The position numbers were made by a program, and so were the translations under genes. 64,000 nt of DNA, from positions 480,001 through 544,000 of the forward strand of contig CBDDTI010000746.1 in the NCBI GenBank assembly GCA_965233585.1, in the 5' to 3' direction. This DNA comes from a bacterium. GTDB taxonomy: Bacteria; SAR324; NAC60-12. Positions 47,407 through 58,294 of the stretch are shown here, in pieces. Position 1 is the stretch's first letter. Every line of letters starts with the position of its first letter. The notes under the pieces are model-generated. The model did not search any database. It saw only the letters and a list, made by a program, of their open reading frames with translations, and was not told where the DNA came from.

Positions 47407-48276
47407 TTAAGTTTTGACTTCTTGATGAGTCATAAACGTGTAAAACAGCCAACTCAGCAACAACACAACTAGAAAGTAAATCAACGACATAGCAGAGGCA
47501 GGTCCTAAATCAAATTGACCAAGTGCCACTTTGACCAAATCAATAGACAGAAAAGTGGTGCTATTACCGGGACCTCCACCTGTCAAAACAAAAGGTTCTG
47601 TGTAAACCATGAAGCTATCCATAAGCCTTAACAAAATACCAATGGTCAAGACTTTTTTCATTTTAGGCAGTTGAATCAGCCAAAAAATCTGCCACGTAGA
47701 CGCTCCATCAATTTTTGCCGCTTGGTAAAAAGCGTCTGGAATAGACCTTAAACCTGCATAAGCCAAAAGCACGATCAGCGAAGTCCAATGCCATACATCC
47801 ATCGCAATCACAGTCACCCATGCTGAAATTGGTTGCTGTGTGAAATTGTAATCTATTCCTAAAGCATTGACTGTTCGCCCCAATAAACCCAGGTCAGGCA
47901 ATGCAAAGATATTCCATATTGCCCCCACCACATTCCAAGGAATCAACAATGGCAATGCCATCAACACCAGACAAAGAGAAGCCCACGTTCCTTCTTTAGG
48001 CATCGTAACGGCAATGGTAATGCCCAGCGGAATCTCAATCAACAAAATCAAAAAAGTAAAAAGAAGTTGCCGACCCATCGCATCATGGAATCGTTCTGAA
48101 CGCAAAATGTCTTGAAACCACTTGACACCCTCCCAAAAAAACACGTTGTTCCCAAAAGTTTCTTGCACCGAATAATTCACAACCGTCATCAAAGGAATCA
48201 CAGCATTAAATGCAACTAAGATGAGTACAGGCAAGACCATCAACCACGCTTTTTGATTTTGTGTTTTTTCAATCAT
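47407..48276 (-). CDS. Carbohydrate (glycerol-type) ABC permease
   Basis: MDVWHWT, YQAAKIDGAS EAA loop. Confidence 0.9.
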   Translation of the reverse strand: MIEKTQNQKAWLMVLPVLILVAFNAVIPLMTVVNYSVQETFGNNVFFWEGVKWFQDILRSERFHDAMGRQLLFTFLILLIEIPLGITIAVTMPKEGTWASLCLVLMALPLLIPWNVVGAIWNIFALPDLGLLGRTVNALGIDYNFTQQPISAWVTVIAMDVWHWTSLIVLLAYAGLRSIPDAFYQAAKIDGASTWQIFWLIQLPKMKKVLTIGILLRLMDSFMVYTEPFVLTGGGPGNSTTFLSIDLVKVALGQFDLGPASAMSLIYFLVVLLLSWLFYTFMTHQEVKT

Positions 48277-49358
48277 GGGGCAACCTTTTGGCACAACCAG
48301 CCATTATGATAGACGTGTGTATAATCGGGGTGAAAACGGACTTTCAGATTGCCACTGTCCACCGCAAGCTCTTCAGAAAGATAGATTTTAAACTCGTGAT
48401 GCTCATGGCTGACTGTGAGAATTTGATAACGACCAATGTCTTTGATACTAACTAGATTGACAGGAAAGCCTTCAGGAGTGATTTCAATAAACTCTGGTCT
48501 GATTCCAAGCTGTAAATCTTTGGGGTTGTCAATTTTTTGGTAAGGTTCTGAAATTGGAATGAGGTTTTGGCAAAAAATAGGCATGCCTTCTGATGAAAGT
48601 TCACAAGGTAAAAAATTCATACCGGGAGAACCAATAAAATGTCCTACAAATGTATGTTGAGGGTGTTTAAACAATTCTTCAGGAGAGCCAATTTGCACCA
48701 CTTGCCCACTGTGCATCACAACCACTTGGTCAGCAAAAGTCAAGGCTTCTGTCTGGTCGTGTGTGACATAAATCATGGTGAAATTAAACTCCCTATGCAA
48801 CTCTTTTAGTTTAGAACGCAATTCCCATTTGAGATGTGGGTCAATCACAGTCAAGGGTTCATCAAACATGATGACGTTGACATCAGAACGCACTAAGCCA
48901 CGTCCTAGTGAAATTTTTTGTTTGCTATCAGCCCCCAATCTAGCCGCTCGCTTATCCAAAACAGAGTCCAGACCTAATATCTCTGCAACACGCCTCACCT
49001 GTTCTTCTACATCTTGGGGAGACATGTTTCTATTTTTCAATGGAAATTCTAAATTTTGGCGAACGGTCATGGTGTCATAAACCACAGGAAATTGAAAAAC
49101 CTGCGCAATGTTGCGTTCGTCAGGAGAAAGCGTCGTGACATCTTGTTCTCCAAAAAAGATTCTGCCTTGAGTTGGAGTGATTAAACCTGATGTGATGTTG
49201 AGCAACGTTGTTTTTCCACAGCCAGAAGGTCCTAAAAGTGCGTAAGCACTGCCATCTTGAAATGTCAGATTAAGCTCTTTTAACACAAAATCCTCATCAG
49301 ACAAGTGAGGTGCTTGTCTGTAACTGTGTCTAAGTTGTTCAAATTTGATTTGAGCCAT
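48273..49358 (-). CDS. ABC ATP-binding protein (GlpT-like, glycerol-type system)
   Basis: GPSGCGKT, FQFPVVYD, DEPLTVIDPH. Confidence 0.9.
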   Translation of the reverse strand: MAQIKFEQLRHSYRQAPHLSDEDFVLKELNLTFQDGSAYALLGPSGCGKTTLLNITSGLITPTQGRIFFGEQDVTTLSPDERNIAQVFQFPVVYDTMTVRQNLEFPLKNRNMSPQDVEEQVRRVAEILGLDSVLDKRAARLGADSKQKISLGRGLVRSDVNVIMFDEPLTVIDPHLKWELRSKLKELHREFNFTMIYVTHDQTEALTFADQVVVMHSGQVVQIGSPEELFKHPQHTFVGHFIGSPGMNFLPCELSSEGMPIFCQNLIPISEPYQKIDNPKDLQLGIRPEFIEITPEGFPVNLVSIKDIGRYQILTVSHEHHEFKIYLSEELAVDSGNLKVRFHPDYTHVYHNGWLCQKVAP

Positions 49359-49363
49359 TGAAT

Positions 49364-50440
49364 TTATTGAGGAAACACGCGTTGACCCTGTTGATCAAAG
49401 ACCAAAAAAGATTCAGGTTTGAGATAGACATGAATGCTTGAGCCTGCCTCTAAATTGTGGACTCCATGGGCTTGAATCACCCATATTTTTGATGATGGAA
49501 AGCCAGACATGTCAAGGTGAATGTAACTTTCTGAACCACTGATTTCTGAAACAATCACTTTTCCTAATAATTCAATCGTATGATTTTCAGATTGTTGTAA
49601 AGCAAGGTGATAGGGGTGAAATGCAAAAATATACTCTCCATCTGCAATCTGACTATATTGAGCCAAATTCCATTGGCTTTGATCCTCAAATAGAAAGCAT
49701 TGTCCTTGCTTTTTCGCTTGTAAAAGATTGAGAGGAGGGTCAGCAAATCCTTGTGCTGTCTTTAAATCACAAGGGTTGCGATACACTTGATGAGTCTCCC
49801 CGTATTGAGTCACAGCACCTTCTTTTAAAACAGCCGTGTATCCTCCAAATAACAAAGCCTCAGTGGGTTCAGTCGTTGCGTAAACCACAGTGGTTTTGGC
49901 ATCTTTAAAAATTTGTGGCAATTCTTCACGGAGTTCTTCACGCAATTTGTAATCTAAATTGACCAACGGTTCGTCCAGTAAAATTAATCTTGCTTTCTTC
50001 ACCAATGCCCTAGCTAATGCAGTCCGTTGTTGCTGTCCTCCAGATAATTCACTGGGCAGACGGTCTAAGTAAGGCGTTAATTTGAGCAATTCAGACGTGT
50101 CTTTGACTCGTTGAGTGATTTGTTCTTGACTCATCTTTTGAAGCCTTAAAGGGGAGGCAATGTTTTCAAAGATCGTCATGTTAGGGAAGTTGATGAATTG
50201 TTGATAAACCATGGCAACATTTCTTTTTTGGACAGGTTGACCTGAGACATCAACATCGTCAAACAAAAGATGCCCTGTTGTCGGTTGATCTAGCCCTGCC
50301 ATCAGTCTCATCAACGTTGTTTTTCCTGACCCTGTTGGTCCGAGCAAGATATTAAAAACCCCCGATTGCAACTTTAACGAGGTTTCATAAATATAATGTT
50401 CGTTTGAAGCAACTTTGCTGACCTTCTGGAGTTCTAACAT
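49364..50440 (-). CDS. ABC ATP-binding protein (GlpS-like, glycerol-type system)
   Basis: GPTGSGKT, YQQFINFP, LSGGQQQR, YATTEP. Confidence 0.9.
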   Translation of the reverse strand: MLELQKVSKVASNEHYIYETSLKLQSGVFNILLGPTGSGKTTLMRLMAGLDQPTTGHLLFDDVDVSGQPVQKRNVAMVYQQFINFPNMTIFENIASPLRLQKMSQEQITQRVKDTSELLKLTPYLDRLPSELSGGQQQRTALARALVKKARLILLDEPLVNLDYKLREELREELPQIFKDAKTTVVYATTEPTEALLFGGYTAVLKEGAVTQYGETHQVYRNPCDLKTAQGFADPPLNLLQAKKQGQCFLFEDQSQWNLAQYSQIADGEYIFAFHPYHLALQQSENHTIELLGKVIVSEISGSESYIHLDMSGFPSSKIWVIQAHGVHNLEAGSSIHVYLKPESFLVFDQQGQRVFPQ

Positions 50441-50477
50441 ACCATCAAAACAAAACAAGAAAGAATGAAAAAGGGTA

Positions 50478-50515
50478 GCAATAGCACCATCTAAAAAAAT
50501 AAAAAGTGCTATTGC
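50478..50515 (-). terminator. Intercistronic hairpin after the binding-protein gene
   Basis: gcaatagcac...gtgctattgc inverted repeat. Confidence 0.5.
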
Positions 50516-50530
50516 CAGATTTGATTGGAA

Positions 50531-52267
50531 TTAGCTACTTTGCCATCGTTTCACTAAAATATCGTAATTGACGGTTTCACCCTGTGGCTTTTCATTTTTC
50601 AACTTAGGCTTGGGAGAACCAGCTTTGTTCAGCCAATAAGAGGGGTCTCTTTCTTTGTTGAGCCTTGGACCGCATCCTCCGTAAACGTTAGCTCGTTCAT
50701 CAGCAACCTGCATTCTTGCCATGACTTGATCCATTTCACTAGCAAGACGATCCATCGCTTCTTGTGGGGTGAACGCTCCAGAGTTAACATCTCCAATCTG
50801 TTGCCACCAAATTTGGGCAAGTTTTGGATAATCAGGGACATTGACACCAGTTGGAGACCAACGAACACGGTCAGGCGAACGATAAAATTCCACTAAACCT
50901 CCCAACTTAGGAGCACGTTCTGTAAAAGACTGATGGCGAATGTCGCTGTCCCGAATGGGAGTTAAGCCCACATGCGTTTTCTTCAAAGACACTGTTTTAG
51001 ACACAGTGAATTGTGCATAAAGCCATGCCGCCTTTCTTCTGTCAACAGGTGTTGATTTGAACAAAGTCCATGAACCTGCATCTTGGTAGCCTAATTTCAT
51101 ACCTTTTTCCCAATACGGACCATGAGGAGAGGGAGCCATACGCCAAAGAGGCATTCCTTCTTTGTCTACGGTGTTGTTTCCTTCCTCAATAGGTTTGACC
51201 ATATCAGGAAGAAAGGAAGTGTACCAGAAGATTTGTTGAGCCACGTTTCCAATAGAAAGGGCTGGTAAGGATTGATAAAAGTCATAACTCGCTGCAGCAG
51301 GCGGGGCATAGTTTCTAAGCCACTCGTCCCACTTTCTAATTGCATAAACTGCAGCAGGAGCATTGGCAGCACCACCCCTTGAAACAGAAGCACCTACTGG
51401 ATTGCAAGTGTTTTTTTCCATACGGATTCCCCATTCATCAACGGGGACGCCATTGGGTAATCCCTTGCTTCCAGCTCCTGCCATAGAAAGCCAAGCATCT
51501 GTCATTCGCCAACCTAAATCAGGCGCCCGCTTTCCATAATCCATGTGTCCATAAACCCTGACACCATCAATGTTTTTGACATCATTAGTAAAAAAGTCTG
51601 CAATATCTTCATAAGCAGACCAGTTAACAGGAACTCCTAATTCATAGCCATATTTGGCTTTGAAACGTTTTTTGAGGTCAGGGCGGTCAAACCAATCTTT
51701 TCTGAACCAATAAAGGTTAGCAAATTGTTGGTCAGGCAGTTGGTATAACTTCCCATCTGGACCTGTGGTGAAGGACTTCCCCATAAAATCATCAATGTCC
51801 AATGTAGGCAATGTGACACCTTTACCCTCGCCATTCATCCAATCAGTCAAATTGACAGCCAGTTGCAATCGCGAATGCGTTCCAATCAAATCAGAATCAT
51901 TGACGTAGGCATCGTAAAGGTTGCGTCCAGTTTGCATTTGAGTTTGCACTGCCTGCACAACCTCGCCTTCTCCTAAAATTTGATGATTGACTTTGATCCC
52001 TGTGATGTCTTCAAAAGCCTTTGCCAGTACCTTTGCCTCATAGTCATGAGTTGCAATAGATTCTGAAAGGACATTGATTTGCATGCCCTTAAAGGGACGA
52101 GATGCTTTGATGAACCAATCCATCTCAGACATTTGTTGCTTCTTGGAAAGTGTGGAGGGCTGAAATTCTTGGTTGATCCATTTCTCAGCCTCCTCTTTTC
52201 CTGCCATTGCCGTCGTACACATGCCCACTGCAAGTGCTACATTGATACACGAATTTAAAAGTTTCAT
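50531..52267 (-). CDS. Glycerol-type ABC substrate-binding protein (GlpV-like)
   Basis: EFQPSTLS, NDSDLIGTH, LPDQQFANLYWFR, NVPDYPKLAQ; operon layout matches glpSTPQUV-type transporters. Confidence 0.87.
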   Translation of the reverse strand: MKLLNSCINVALAVGMCTTAMAGKEEAEKWINQEFQPSTLSKKQQMSEMDWFIKASRPFKGMQINVLSESIATHDYEAKVLAKAFEDITGIKVNHQILGEGEVVQAVQTQMQTGRNLYDAYVNDSDLIGTHSRLQLAVNLTDWMNGEGKGVTLPTLDIDDFMGKSFTTGPDGKLYQLPDQQFANLYWFRKDWFDRPDLKKRFKAKYGYELGVPVNWSAYEDIADFFTNDVKNIDGVRVYGHMDYGKRAPDLGWRMTDAWLSMAGAGSKGLPNGVPVDEWGIRMEKNTCNPVGASVSRGGAANAPAAVYAIRKWDEWLRNYAPPAAASYDFYQSLPALSIGNVAQQIFWYTSFLPDMVKPIEEGNNTVDKEGMPLWRMAPSPHGPYWEKGMKLGYQDAGSWTLFKSTPVDRRKAAWLYAQFTVSKTVSLKKTHVGLTPIRDSDIRHQSFTERAPKLGGLVEFYRSPDRVRWSPTGVNVPDYPKLAQIWWQQIGDVNSGAFTPQEAMDRLASEMDQVMARMQVADERANVYGGCGPRLNKERDPSYWLNKAGSPKPKLKNEKPQGETVNYDILVKRWQSS

Positions 52268-52527
52268 ACTTTTACTCCTTGCAAATAATTAGGTTAACAA
52301 ACAACCGTAAGGTTCAAACCTTACCGTGATTCGCAACTCTATACATAAAAAAACGGCATGTCAAGAAAAATCTTTTGCAATCTTTTTTTTGATTGAATTT
52401 TTTGATTGGAAACACTTCGTTTTTGCTTCGTGACTGTTGACGGTCAAATGAAATTCAAAAAAGTCATTGCACCCCATTCACACATTTTGTAAACTGCAAA
52501 CTTTTGTTCACTTTCAATCAATCAAAA

Positions 52528-55257
52528 ATGGATTACCTCGCTCAAGCAGACCCGCAAACTATAGAACATCTTTATTCTCAATATTGCCAAGACCCTCAAA
52601 GTGTTGATGTCAGTTGGCAACGTTTCTTTGAAGGCTTTGAGTTTTCAGGGGGGGGGATTTCCTCCCAAAAGACAACTGAACACTCAGCAGACCATTCATC
52701 AAATTTTCAGAAAGAGAGTGCCGTTGCCAATTTAATTGGGGCATATCGGCAACGGGGGCATCTTTACTCCAAAACCAATCCAGTCCGTCCCAGAAGAGTC
52801 CATGAAGCACCCATAAAAATTGAAAACTTTGGCTTGTCTCAAGAAGACTTGAATGCCACTTTTCAAGCTGGGGCAAGTATCGGATTAGCCAACGGTACTT
52901 TGCGAGAGGTCATTGATGCAATGGAAAAGACCTATTGCGGTGCGATTGGTGTTGAAATTGCTCATGTCAGACCAAGTGAAGCCAGTTTTTGGTTGAGAAG
53001 TGAGATAGAAAAAACTCAAAACCAACCCCATTTTTCTAAAGAACAAAAGAAAAAGCTGCTGCAGAAACTCTTGCAAACTTCTCTTTTTGAAAAGTTTTTA
53101 CATACCAAATTTACAGGTCAAAAACGTTTTTCATTGGAGGGTTCTGAAAGTTTCATTCCTGCCCTTGATGACATTATTAAAATCGGTGCAAAATCTGGGG
53201 TTAAAGAATTTGTAATCGGCATGGCACATCGTGGCAGGTTGAATGTTTTGGCAAACATCATGTCTAAAAGCTATGTTGATATTTTTGCAGAATTTTTAGG
53301 AAAATCTCTGGACCATACAGAATTTGAAGGAGACGTGAAGTATCATTTGGGTTATTCAGCAGATCGGACAGAAGAAGGAGGACAAAAAGTACACTTGCAC
53401 CTTGCCGCTAACCCTTCTCATTTAGAGGCAATCAATGCAGTCGTCTTAGGTATGACTCGGGCAAAGCTAGACATGCGTTATGCGGGGGACTTTGGCAAGA
53501 TTGCTCCTATCTTGGTTCATGGCGATGCGGCGATTGCAGGGCAGGGCATCAATTACGAGTTAATTCAGATGTCAGGATTAGCTGGCTATAAGATTGGCGG
53601 TGCAGTGCATGTGGTTCTCAATAATCAAGTTGGATTCACTACCAATTACCAAGAGGCTCGTTCTAGCGTTTACTGTACAGACCTTGCTAAAGCAACCAGC
53701 TCTCCTGTGTTCCATGTCAATGGAGATGACCCAGAAGCTGTGGCTTATTCCATTCAATTAGCCCTAGAATACAAACAAAGATTCAATCGTGATGTGTTTG
53801 TGGACATTCTGGGATACCGCCGTTATGGACACAATGAAGGCGATGAACCACGTTTTACTCAACCTATCCTTTACAATCTGATAGGTCAACACCCAGACCC
53901 TCTTGAGATTTATTCTAAACGTCTGATTCAAAACGGAAGCCTCTCCCAAGCAGAATTTGACAAGATGTATCAAGACCATTGGCAACATTTGGAACAATGC
54001 CTTGAGGAAAGCAAAGAGCGGGATTTTGTCAAAACCTCCAGCTTTTTACAAGGACAATGGAAGCAAATCAGGCAAACTCAAGTCAGCGATTTTGACTCAT
54101 CGCCCCAAACGGGAGTTGCGCAGGAGACATTGTTTGATGTCGTCAAGACCATTACTGATGTGCCAGAAGATTTCACATTCTTTCCTAAACTTGAAAAACT
54201 GTTTAAGACACGTCAAAAGATGGTGCTGGAACAAAACAAAATGGACTGGGCGATGGCAGAACTTTGTGCTTATGGAACATTACTGAATGAAGGGAAGTCT
54301 GTGCGATTGAGTGGGCAAGATGTCTGCCGTGGCACCTTTGCGCATCGTCATGCTGTCATTAAAGACCCCAACGATGAAACCACCTATATTCCCCTTGAAA
54401 AATTAGTCCAGCCTCATGGACTCTTCCAAATTTATAACTCTAACCTTTCCGAGTACGGTGTCTTAGGTTTTGACTATGGTTACTCATGGTCTTCTCCAGA
54501 TTGCCTCACCATCTGGGAAGCGCAATTTGGAGACTTTGCCAATGGCGCTCAAATCATCATTGACCAATTCATCTCCTCGGCTGAAACGAAATGGCAACGT
54601 ATGTCTGGCATTGTGCTTTCTCTTCCTCATGGTTACGAGGGGCAAGGTCCAGAACATTCCTCTGCCAGAATTGAACGTTTTCTCATTCTTTGTGCCAGTA
54701 ATAACATTCAGGTCACAAACTGCACCACTCCTGCCAATCTCTTTCACGCCTTTAGGAGGCAACTCATCAGAGAATTTCGCAAGCCTTTAATTCAATTCAG
54801 TCCCAAAAGCCTCCTGCGCCACCCTCAATGTGTGAGTCCCATAGAAGACTTTTTAAATGACACAAACTTCCAAGAAGTGATTGACAATCAACGCGTCCAA
54901 GCACCGCAACAAATCAAGCGAATCCTGTTTTGCAGTGGCAAAATTTACTATGATTTAGAAGAGTTTCGGCAAAGCCAACAAATAGAAAATATAGTCATTG
55001 TGAGGCTTGAACAACTTTATCCCCTCCCAAAAAAGCAAATCCAGAACGTGTTAGAAAAATATCACAAGGCTGAGGTCGCTTGGGTGCAAGAAGAACCTGA
55101 AAATATGGGGGCATGGTCTTTTATCCTCAGGCACACAAAAGACTGGTTGCCTCTCAAATGCTATGCACGCCCTGCTTCTGCTTCTCCCGCAGTCGGGACG
55201 TTGAAACAGCACAAACAGCAACATGAAGACTTGATTCAAAAAGCGTTGACAAAGTAA
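52528..55257 (+). CDS. sucA: 2-oxoglutarate dehydrogenase E1
   Basis: KRFSLEG, GMAHRGRLN, HGDAA, WEAQFGDF, HGYEGQGPEHSSAR. Confidence 0.97.
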   Translation: MDYLAQADPQTIEHLYSQYCQDPQSVDVSWQRFFEGFEFSGGGISSQKTTEHSADHSSNFQKESAVANLIGAYRQRGHLYSKTNPVRPRRVHEAPIKIENFGLSQEDLNATFQAGASIGLANGTLREVIDAMEKTYCGAIGVEIAHVRPSEASFWLRSEIEKTQNQPHFSKEQKKKLLQKLLQTSLFEKFLHTKFTGQKRFSLEGSESFIPALDDIIKIGAKSGVKEFVIGMAHRGRLNVLANIMSKSYVDIFAEFLGKSLDHTEFEGDVKYHLGYSADRTEEGGQKVHLHLAANPSHLEAINAVVLGMTRAKLDMRYAGDFGKIAPILVHGDAAIAGQGINYELIQMSGLAGYKIGGAVHVVLNNQVGFTTNYQEARSSVYCTDLAKATSSPVFHVNGDDPEAVAYSIQLALEYKQRFNRDVFVDILGYRRYGHNEGDEPRFTQPILYNLIGQHPDPLEIYSKRLIQNGSLSQAEFDKMYQDHWQHLEQCLEESKERDFVKTSSFLQGQWKQIRQTQVSDFDSSPQTGVAQETLFDVVKTITDVPEDFTFFPKLEKLFKTRQKMVLEQNKMDWAMAELCAYGTLLNEGKSVRLSGQDVCRGTFAHRHAVIKDPNDETTYIPLEKLVQPHGLFQIYNSNLSEYGVLGFDYGYSWSSPDCLTIWEAQFGDFANGAQIIIDQFISSAETKWQRMSGIVLSLPHGYEGQGPEHSSARIERFLILCASNNIQVTNCTTPANLFHAFRRQLIREFRKPLIQFSPKSLLRHPQCVSPIEDFLNDTNFQEVIDNQRVQAPQQIKRILFCSGKIYYDLEEFRQSQQIENIVIVRLEQLYPLPKKQIQNVLEKYHKAEVAWVQEEPENMGAWSFILRHTKDWLPLKCYARPASASPAVGTLKQHKQQHEDLIQKALTK

Positions 55258-55347
55258 ATTGATTTGGAAAGATAAATTTGATTTTGTAGAATTTTTGATG
55301 ATGATTGATTTGTGTAATTACTATTATTTTATTTTTAGGAGTGGGTT

Positions 55348-55653
55348 ATGAGCATTACATTAAATTTGCCAATAAATATTGAGAATGCTTTGCTTGAAAA
55401 AGCAGAAGCAAAAAAACAAGATTTGGAGAGTGTTATTATTGAGTATTTAAATGATAAAATAAGTCATGATGTAAATGAGAGTTTAGATTTAAGAGGTATG
55501 CTTGTAGATGTGAGAAAAAGACTTGAAGAAGCTAAAAAAAGACCTAAAACAGATTTAGTATCAATGGTCGGTTCTGGAGTTCATTGTAGTAGTTTTAAGT
55601 CTATGGAAGAAGCAAATGATTTTATCAACGAATTAAGGAACGAATGGAGATAG
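55348..55653 (+). CDS. Putative antitoxin
   Basis: Small protein with RHH-like N-terminus, ending INELRNEW, overlapping the PIN gene; very AT-rich. Confidence 0.7.
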   Translation: MSITLNLPINIENALLEKAEAKKQDLESVIIEYLNDKISHDVNESLDLRGMLVDVRKRLEEAKKRPKTDLVSMVGSGVHCSSFKSMEEANDFINELRNEWR

Positions 55654-56087
55654 TTAAAAATCAAAGATATTATTTTGATTCAAACGTTTTTATATATTCT
55701 ATTGAAAAAATAGATAAGAATAAATCATCTATTGTGCAAGAGTTATTTGATTCTATTGTTAAAAATGATAGTCAGGTTATCACAAGTGAACTAACTTTAG
55801 GAGAATGTCTTGTAAAACCTAGAAAAGATAATAATATGTTACTTGAAACGTTATATGTAGATAGTATATTTAATAATAAAAATATTTTTCTTGAAAGCAT
55901 AGATATAGAAGTGTTGTTTTTAATGGCAGATATAAGAGCTAAAAATAATTTTAGAACTCCTGATGCAATTCATATAGCAACAGCAGTAAAAAATAATTGT
56001 TCTGCTATTTTGACGAATGATAAGCAGTTTAAAGCATTAGAAAATGAAGATATGAAAGTTTGGTATTTAGATGAATTATTAAAATAA
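55644..56087 (+). CDS. PIN-domain (VapC-like) toxin
   Basis: YFDSNVFIY, SELTLGE, RTPDAIHIATA, LTND. Confidence 0.9.
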   Translation: MEIVKNQRYYFDSNVFIYSIEKIDKNKSSIVQELFDSIVKNDSQVITSELTLGECLVKPRKDNNMLLETLYVDSIFNNKNIFLESIDIEVLFLMADIRAKNNFRTPDAIHIATAVKNNCSAILTNDKQFKALENEDMKVWYLDELLK

Positions 56088-56210
56088 ATGAACACTCAAA
56101 GGCAAAAAAATATCTATAAAAAATGGAAAAAATTATTTTGCGTTGTGTTGGAGAAATGATAGTAAATGATAGTAGAGGAATTGATTCAAAAAGCATTGAC
56201 ACAGTGAAAG

Positions 56211-56732
56211 GTGTCTGATTTTGTCATCTCTCAAACCTTAGTTGGCTTCGCAATATTGTTAGACACTGCTTCCTTCCAATTCAAAAAGAGGGAGCATGTC
56301 TTGTTCATTTTATTTGTATCGGGCGGATTCATTGGGTTCCACTTCTATCTATTAGAGCAATATACGCCATCTGCCTTGATATTGATTTCAATGACAAGGT
56401 ATTTATTAAGTATCTTTTGGACAACCAATGTGTTGAAGTACCTCTTCCTAAGTGCTTCATTGACTGCTACTTTGTTCACTTATTCTGGGGTCATCAGCAT
56501 CTTGGCATTTTGTGGAACAACCTGTCATACATTTGGTGCGTTTAGCCCTGATAACAAAGTGATGAGACTTTGGATGGTCTTGGGAACATTGTTGTGGATT
56601 GTTCATAACTTCATAGTGTGGACACCAATGGGAGTTCTCATGGAAGTCTTGTTTTTAGGGAGCAATCTTTTGGGATATTACCGCCTCTATTTGAAAAATC
56701 AGCACTATTCACTTAAAAGCAGCCATCGTTGA
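56211..56732 (+). CDS. YgjV-like inner membrane protein
   Basis: SFQFK, HFYLL, LLWIVHN motifs; multi-TM. Confidence 0.75.
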   Translation: MSDFVISQTLVGFAILLDTASFQFKKREHVLFILFVSGGFIGFHFYLLEQYTPSALILISMTRYLLSIFWTTNVLKYLFLSASLTATLFTYSGVISILAFCGTTCHTFGAFSPDNKVMRLWMVLGTLLWIVHNFIVWTPMGVLMEVLFLGSNLLGYYRLYLKNQHYSLKSSHR

Positions 56733-56889
56733 TGAAACGTTCAACACATGAGTTTGAAACCATTTGAAACCAAATAAATTTGAAATGAACGAGACCAAAT
56801 GGTGATGTCATCGCCCGTCAGTTGCACTATAAAAAAATATTTGACCCACCAAACCCCAATCTATTGAACCACTGAAACAAGGAGTTATT

Positions 56890-58077
56890 ATGATAGAAGT
56901 CACCATTCCCAGCCCAGGAGAATCCATTACAGAAGTATCTATCGCCTCTTGGTACAAAGCCACCGGCGATGTTGTTAAAAAAGATGAAGTCATCTGTGAA
57001 ATAGAGTCAGACAAAGCCACTTTGCCCATCTCTGCAGCAGATTCAGGAACTTTAGAGATTTTGATTGCAGAGGGAGAAGATGCCAAAGTAGGCGACGTCC
57101 TTTGCAAAATTGACACAAGCCAGTCTGACACAAAAGAGGTTGCTGACACTTCTGCTGAAACCACTGAAAGTCAACCAAGTCAAGCAGAACCACAACAACA
57201 GCAACAACCCATAGCCTCACCTGCGGCACAAAAAATCATGGCAGAAACAGGGGCTTCAGTAGAACAAGGCACAGGAAAAGATGGACGCATCACCAAACAA
57301 GATGTTCTCCAAGCCCCCAAACCTGCTGTCAGCGAGCCAACTCAAATGCCAGCGGCTCAAGCCAGCCAGCCAATGGCTGAAGCCCCCAAGCGGCAAAAGA
57401 TGTCCCGCATGCGTCAAGCTATTTCGGCAAGACTTGTCAAAGTTAAAAATGAAACGGCGATGCTGACCACTTTTAATGAACTGGACATGAGTCAAATCAT
57501 GGCATTGCGTCAACGTTACAAAGACACCTTCCAAAAAACCCACGATGTCAAGTTGGGCTTCATGTCCTTTTTTACCAAAGCCTGTGCGATGGCATTACAA
57601 AAGTTTCCTATGGTGAATGCCATGATTGACGGCAATGAATTTGTCTTGTCTGATGCGGCTCATATTGGAATTGCTGTGAGTACTCCTAAAGGTTTAGTCG
57701 TGCCTGTCCTCAAGAATGCTGACCAAATGAGTCTTGCTGAAATTGAACGAGAGATTTTGAATCTTGCCCTCAAAGCACGGGACAACAAAATTTCTATTGA
57801 CGAGATGCAAGGGGGGACTTTTTCCATTACAAATGGAGGCGTGTTTGGCTCTATGCTTTCTACACCCATTCTCAATTCCCCTCAAAGTGCCATTTTGGGA
57901 ATGCACAACATTGTAGAACGTCCCGTTGCAGTAGAGGGACAAGTCGTCATCCGTCCTGTCATGTACCTTGCTCTTTCCTATGACCACCGAGTCATTGATG
58001 GTCGCGAATCGGTCAGTTTTCTTAAAACTGTGAAGGAATCCATTGAAGACCCTGCAAGAATGTTATTGGAAGTCTAA
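56890..58077 (+). CDS. sucB: Dihydrolipoamide succinyltransferase (E2)
   Basis: Lipoyl domain [30 protein letters not shown]. Confidence 0.97.
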   Translation: MIEVTIPSPGESITEVSIASWYKATGDVVKKDEVICEIESDKATLPISAADSGTLEILIAEGEDAKVGDVLCKIDTSQSDTKEVADTSAETTESQPSQAEPQQQQQPIASPAAQKIMAETGASVEQGTGKDGRITKQDVLQAPKPAVSEPTQMPAAQASQPMAEAPKRQKMSRMRQAISARLVKVKNETAMLTTFNELDMSQIMALRQRYKDTFQKTHDVKLGFMSFFTKACAMALQKFPMVNAMIDGNEFVLSDAAHIGIAVSTPKGLVVPVLKNADQMSLAEIEREILNLALKARDNKISIDEMQGGTFSITNGGVFGSMLSTPILNSPQSAILGMHNIVERPVAVEGQVVIRPVMYLALSYDHRVIDGRESVSFLKTVKESIEDPARMLLEV

Positions 58078-58294
58078 ATTCAACGCTTCTGCCAGACTGA
58101 TGAATCAAAGTTTACAGACCTGCCTGTCAATCTTGTCCATAGCAGATTTGTCTGCTTTTTGAGTCATGGCAGAACTTGATTCAGAATCTCAAAAACAGAA
58201 GATGAGATTACGGGTCAATGCCGCAATGACGAAAAACAAGTCTTCATTTGATTCATCAGAGTTTTAAAACGATTTGGAGACTGAAGATTTACCC

